Source: Nitrososphaerales archaeon (GTDB lineage Archaea > Thermoproteota > Nitrososphaeria > Nitrososphaerales > Gagatemarchaeaceae). From it: a stretch of 32,000 bases of DNA. Below the pieces are notes generated by a model, which saw nothing but the letters and a program-made list of their open reading frames with translations, did not search any database and was not told where the DNA came from. This document shows positions 31,036-32,000 of the stretch, piece after piece. How positions within the stretch are numbered: position 1 is the first letter of the stretch; the number at the start of each line of letters is the position of its first letter. Position numbers and translations under genes: made by a program. The stretch is from NCBI GenBank assembly GCA_035626235.1, contig DASPOB010000029.1, positions 17,096-49,095 of the forward strand, read 5' to 3'.

Positions 31036-31486
31036 GCTTCAGCATCTTCCTGATCTTGGCGGGGTCGGCCTCCCTCCTCAGGGGGGCCGGCGCGTCCGTC
31101 GGATACTCGTCTGGCAGGACGAACCTCCCCTTCATGTAGGGGTTTCCGTCGAAGAATATGCCCATGAGATCCTTGACTTCGGCTTCGTAAAACACCGCCG
31201 CCGGTACGGCGGGGGTGATCGAGGGGATTCTCGCATCGGTCTTGGGGACCAGCGTCTTTACCACGGCGAAGGTCTTCCCTTTCCAGAAATGGTACAGCAC
31301 CGCGATCTGGTCGCCAAGGTCCAAGGCGGTGATGGTGCTGAGGTGATAGTAGCCAGGCATGGCGGCGACCTTGGCGCAGGCCTCGGGGACCTTCTCGCGG
31401 CTGACGTTGAGGAAGACCGCCTTCTTGCTCGTGGTTACGGTGCCTCCGGTCTCGGCGGCTATCGCCTGCATGGACTCAACTGACAA
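31028..31486 (-). CDS. NuoC/MbhK-like subunit (30-kDa family)
   Basis: 'HLSTITALDLGDQIAVLYHF', 'PSITPAVPAAVFYEAEVKDLMGIFFDGNP' and 'FVLPDEYP' are present. It overlaps both neighbouring genes, by 11 and 8 nt. Confidence 0.85.
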   Translation of the reverse strand: MSVESMQAIAAETGGTVTTSKKAVFLNVSREKVPEACAKVAAMPGYYHLSTITALDLGDQIAVLYHFWKGKTFAVVKTLVPKTDARIPSITPAVPAAVFYEAEVKDLMGIFFDGNPYMKGRFVLPDEYPTDAPAPLRREADPAKIRKMLKLE

Positions 31487-31946
31487 CCTGTCGCGCCTCC
31501 TCCGGCTTGTCGGGGATTCCCGTCACCAGCTTCAGTATCCCGTAGATTATTCCCTCAGGATTCGGTGGGCAGCCGGGAATGTACAGGTCCACTGGAATCA
31601 CTGTGTCAATTCCGTGACCGGCGTTGTAGCAGTCTCTCATGACCCCTCCCCCGAGAGCGCACGCGCCGATGGCAACCACGAGTCTGGGCTCAGGCATCTG
31701 GTCGTACACTGTCTTGAGGCGGTCTTTCATCAGGGGGTTCATCGTTCCCGTCACCAGCAGGACATCGGCGTGCCGCGGGCTGGGCACCAGCTCCACACCC
31801 AGGCGCTCGGCATCGTACTTGGGGGTCAGAGCCGCGAGGATCTCTATGTCGCAGCCGTTGCAGGAGGCAGCGTTGACGTGGAAGACCCAGATGGACCGCT
31901 TTCTCGCCCAGGCCGTCAGACCGGACTTAAAACTCGCCACCCCCAA
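31476..31946 (-). CDS. Group 4 [NiFe]-hydrogenase small subunit (NuoB/HycG/EchC/MbhJ homologue)
   Basis: The four cluster ligands are 'SCNGCDIE' (CxxC, 31851-31862), 'AIGACALGGG' and 'IPGCPPNPE'. The start is TTG at 31946, or GTG at 31940. Confidence 0.9.
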   Translation of the reverse strand: MGVASFKSGLTAWARKRSIWVFHVNAASCNGCDIEILAALTPKYDAERLGVELVPSPRHADVLLVTGTMNPLMKDRLKTVYDQMPEPRLVVAIGACALGGGVMRDCYNAGHGIDTVIPVDLYIPGCPPNPEGIIYGILKLVTGIPDKPEEARQVVS

Positions 31947-32000
31947 CCAACAGGTACCACCACACGACTACTGTGACCACCCCTCCGCCGCCGACAAGGA
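31927..32000 (-). CDS. 3' end of an upstream hydrophobic ORF (possible NuoA-like subunit), truncated by the window edge
   Basis: My translation of the minus strand is ...LVGGGGVVTVVVWWYLLVGGGEF*, with TAA at 31927-31929. It overlaps the small-subunit start by 20 nt, as other genes in this operon overlap. The identity is inferred from position only. Confidence 0.3.
   Translation of the reverse strand, partial: LVGGGGVVTVVVWWYLLVGGGEF

Noticed and set aside
1-32000. Recoding of TAG (pyrrolysine or stop read-through), considered because the gene content is compatible with Thermoplasmata-like archaea
   Set aside because: TAG terminates many well-delimited genes here (for example at 1605, 3616, 4362, 8860, 12071, 13066 and 23035). 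No conserved sequence continues downstream of these stops, and I saw no in-frame TAG inside any conserved gene.
1-32000. CRISPR arrays, IS elements or transposases, integrases, prophage genes or defence islands
   Set aside because: I noticed no regularly spaced direct repeats, terminal inverted repeats or recombinase-like ORFs. The only tandem repetition is the Thr-rich coding tract at 655-1010.

Overview
This is a high-GC (roughly 60%), densely coding segment that looks archaeal. TTAAAT(A)-type TATA boxes sit about 27-31 nt upstream of many start codons, so many transcripts are probably leaderless. GTG and TTG starts are frequent, the copper genes carry TRASH domains, and operon genes are coupled by ATGA/GTGA overlaps. 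I could not assign a lineage from sequence alone. I support about 40 genes and found no rRNA, tRNA, CRISPR array or mobile element.

Genes from left to right:
- 1-4581: a 5'-truncated beta-helix/Ig-like surface protein with a Thr-rich linker, a DUF2203-like protein, an amidohydrolase, Bcp peroxiredoxin with a downstream membrane protein, and a small Cys-rich ORF.
- 4575-8860: a GNAT gene, malic enzyme, and a copper P1B-ATPase with an N-terminal TRASH domain, divergent from a TRASH-domain mini-protein.
- 8897-13066: an M20 peptidase, a CBS-pair/zinc-finger protein, a saccharopine-dehydrogenase-family enzyme, a flavin reductase, and a miniature 2-TM ion-channel-like protein.
- 13069-18084: a DUF47/PiT phosphate transporter pair, a second GNAT gene, and pyruvate phosphate dikinase.
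- 18173-24081: a SufR-like Cys-rich wHTH regulator, a four-subunit 2-oxoacid:ferredoxin oxidoreductase (delta-alpha-beta-gamma), an MFS transporter, HypC, and a HypC-domain-containing conserved protein.
- 24460-32000, minus strand: a nine-gene, translationally coupled operon.

The operon is the most interesting locus. It has the complex I/Fpo gene order (B-C-D-H-I-J-K-L-N, with a possible A-like ORF end at the window edge). Its catalytic subunits nevertheless keep all [NiFe]-hydrogenase signatures. These are the CxxC pairs in the large subunit, a HycE-like C-terminal extension, and a CxxC-type small subunit.
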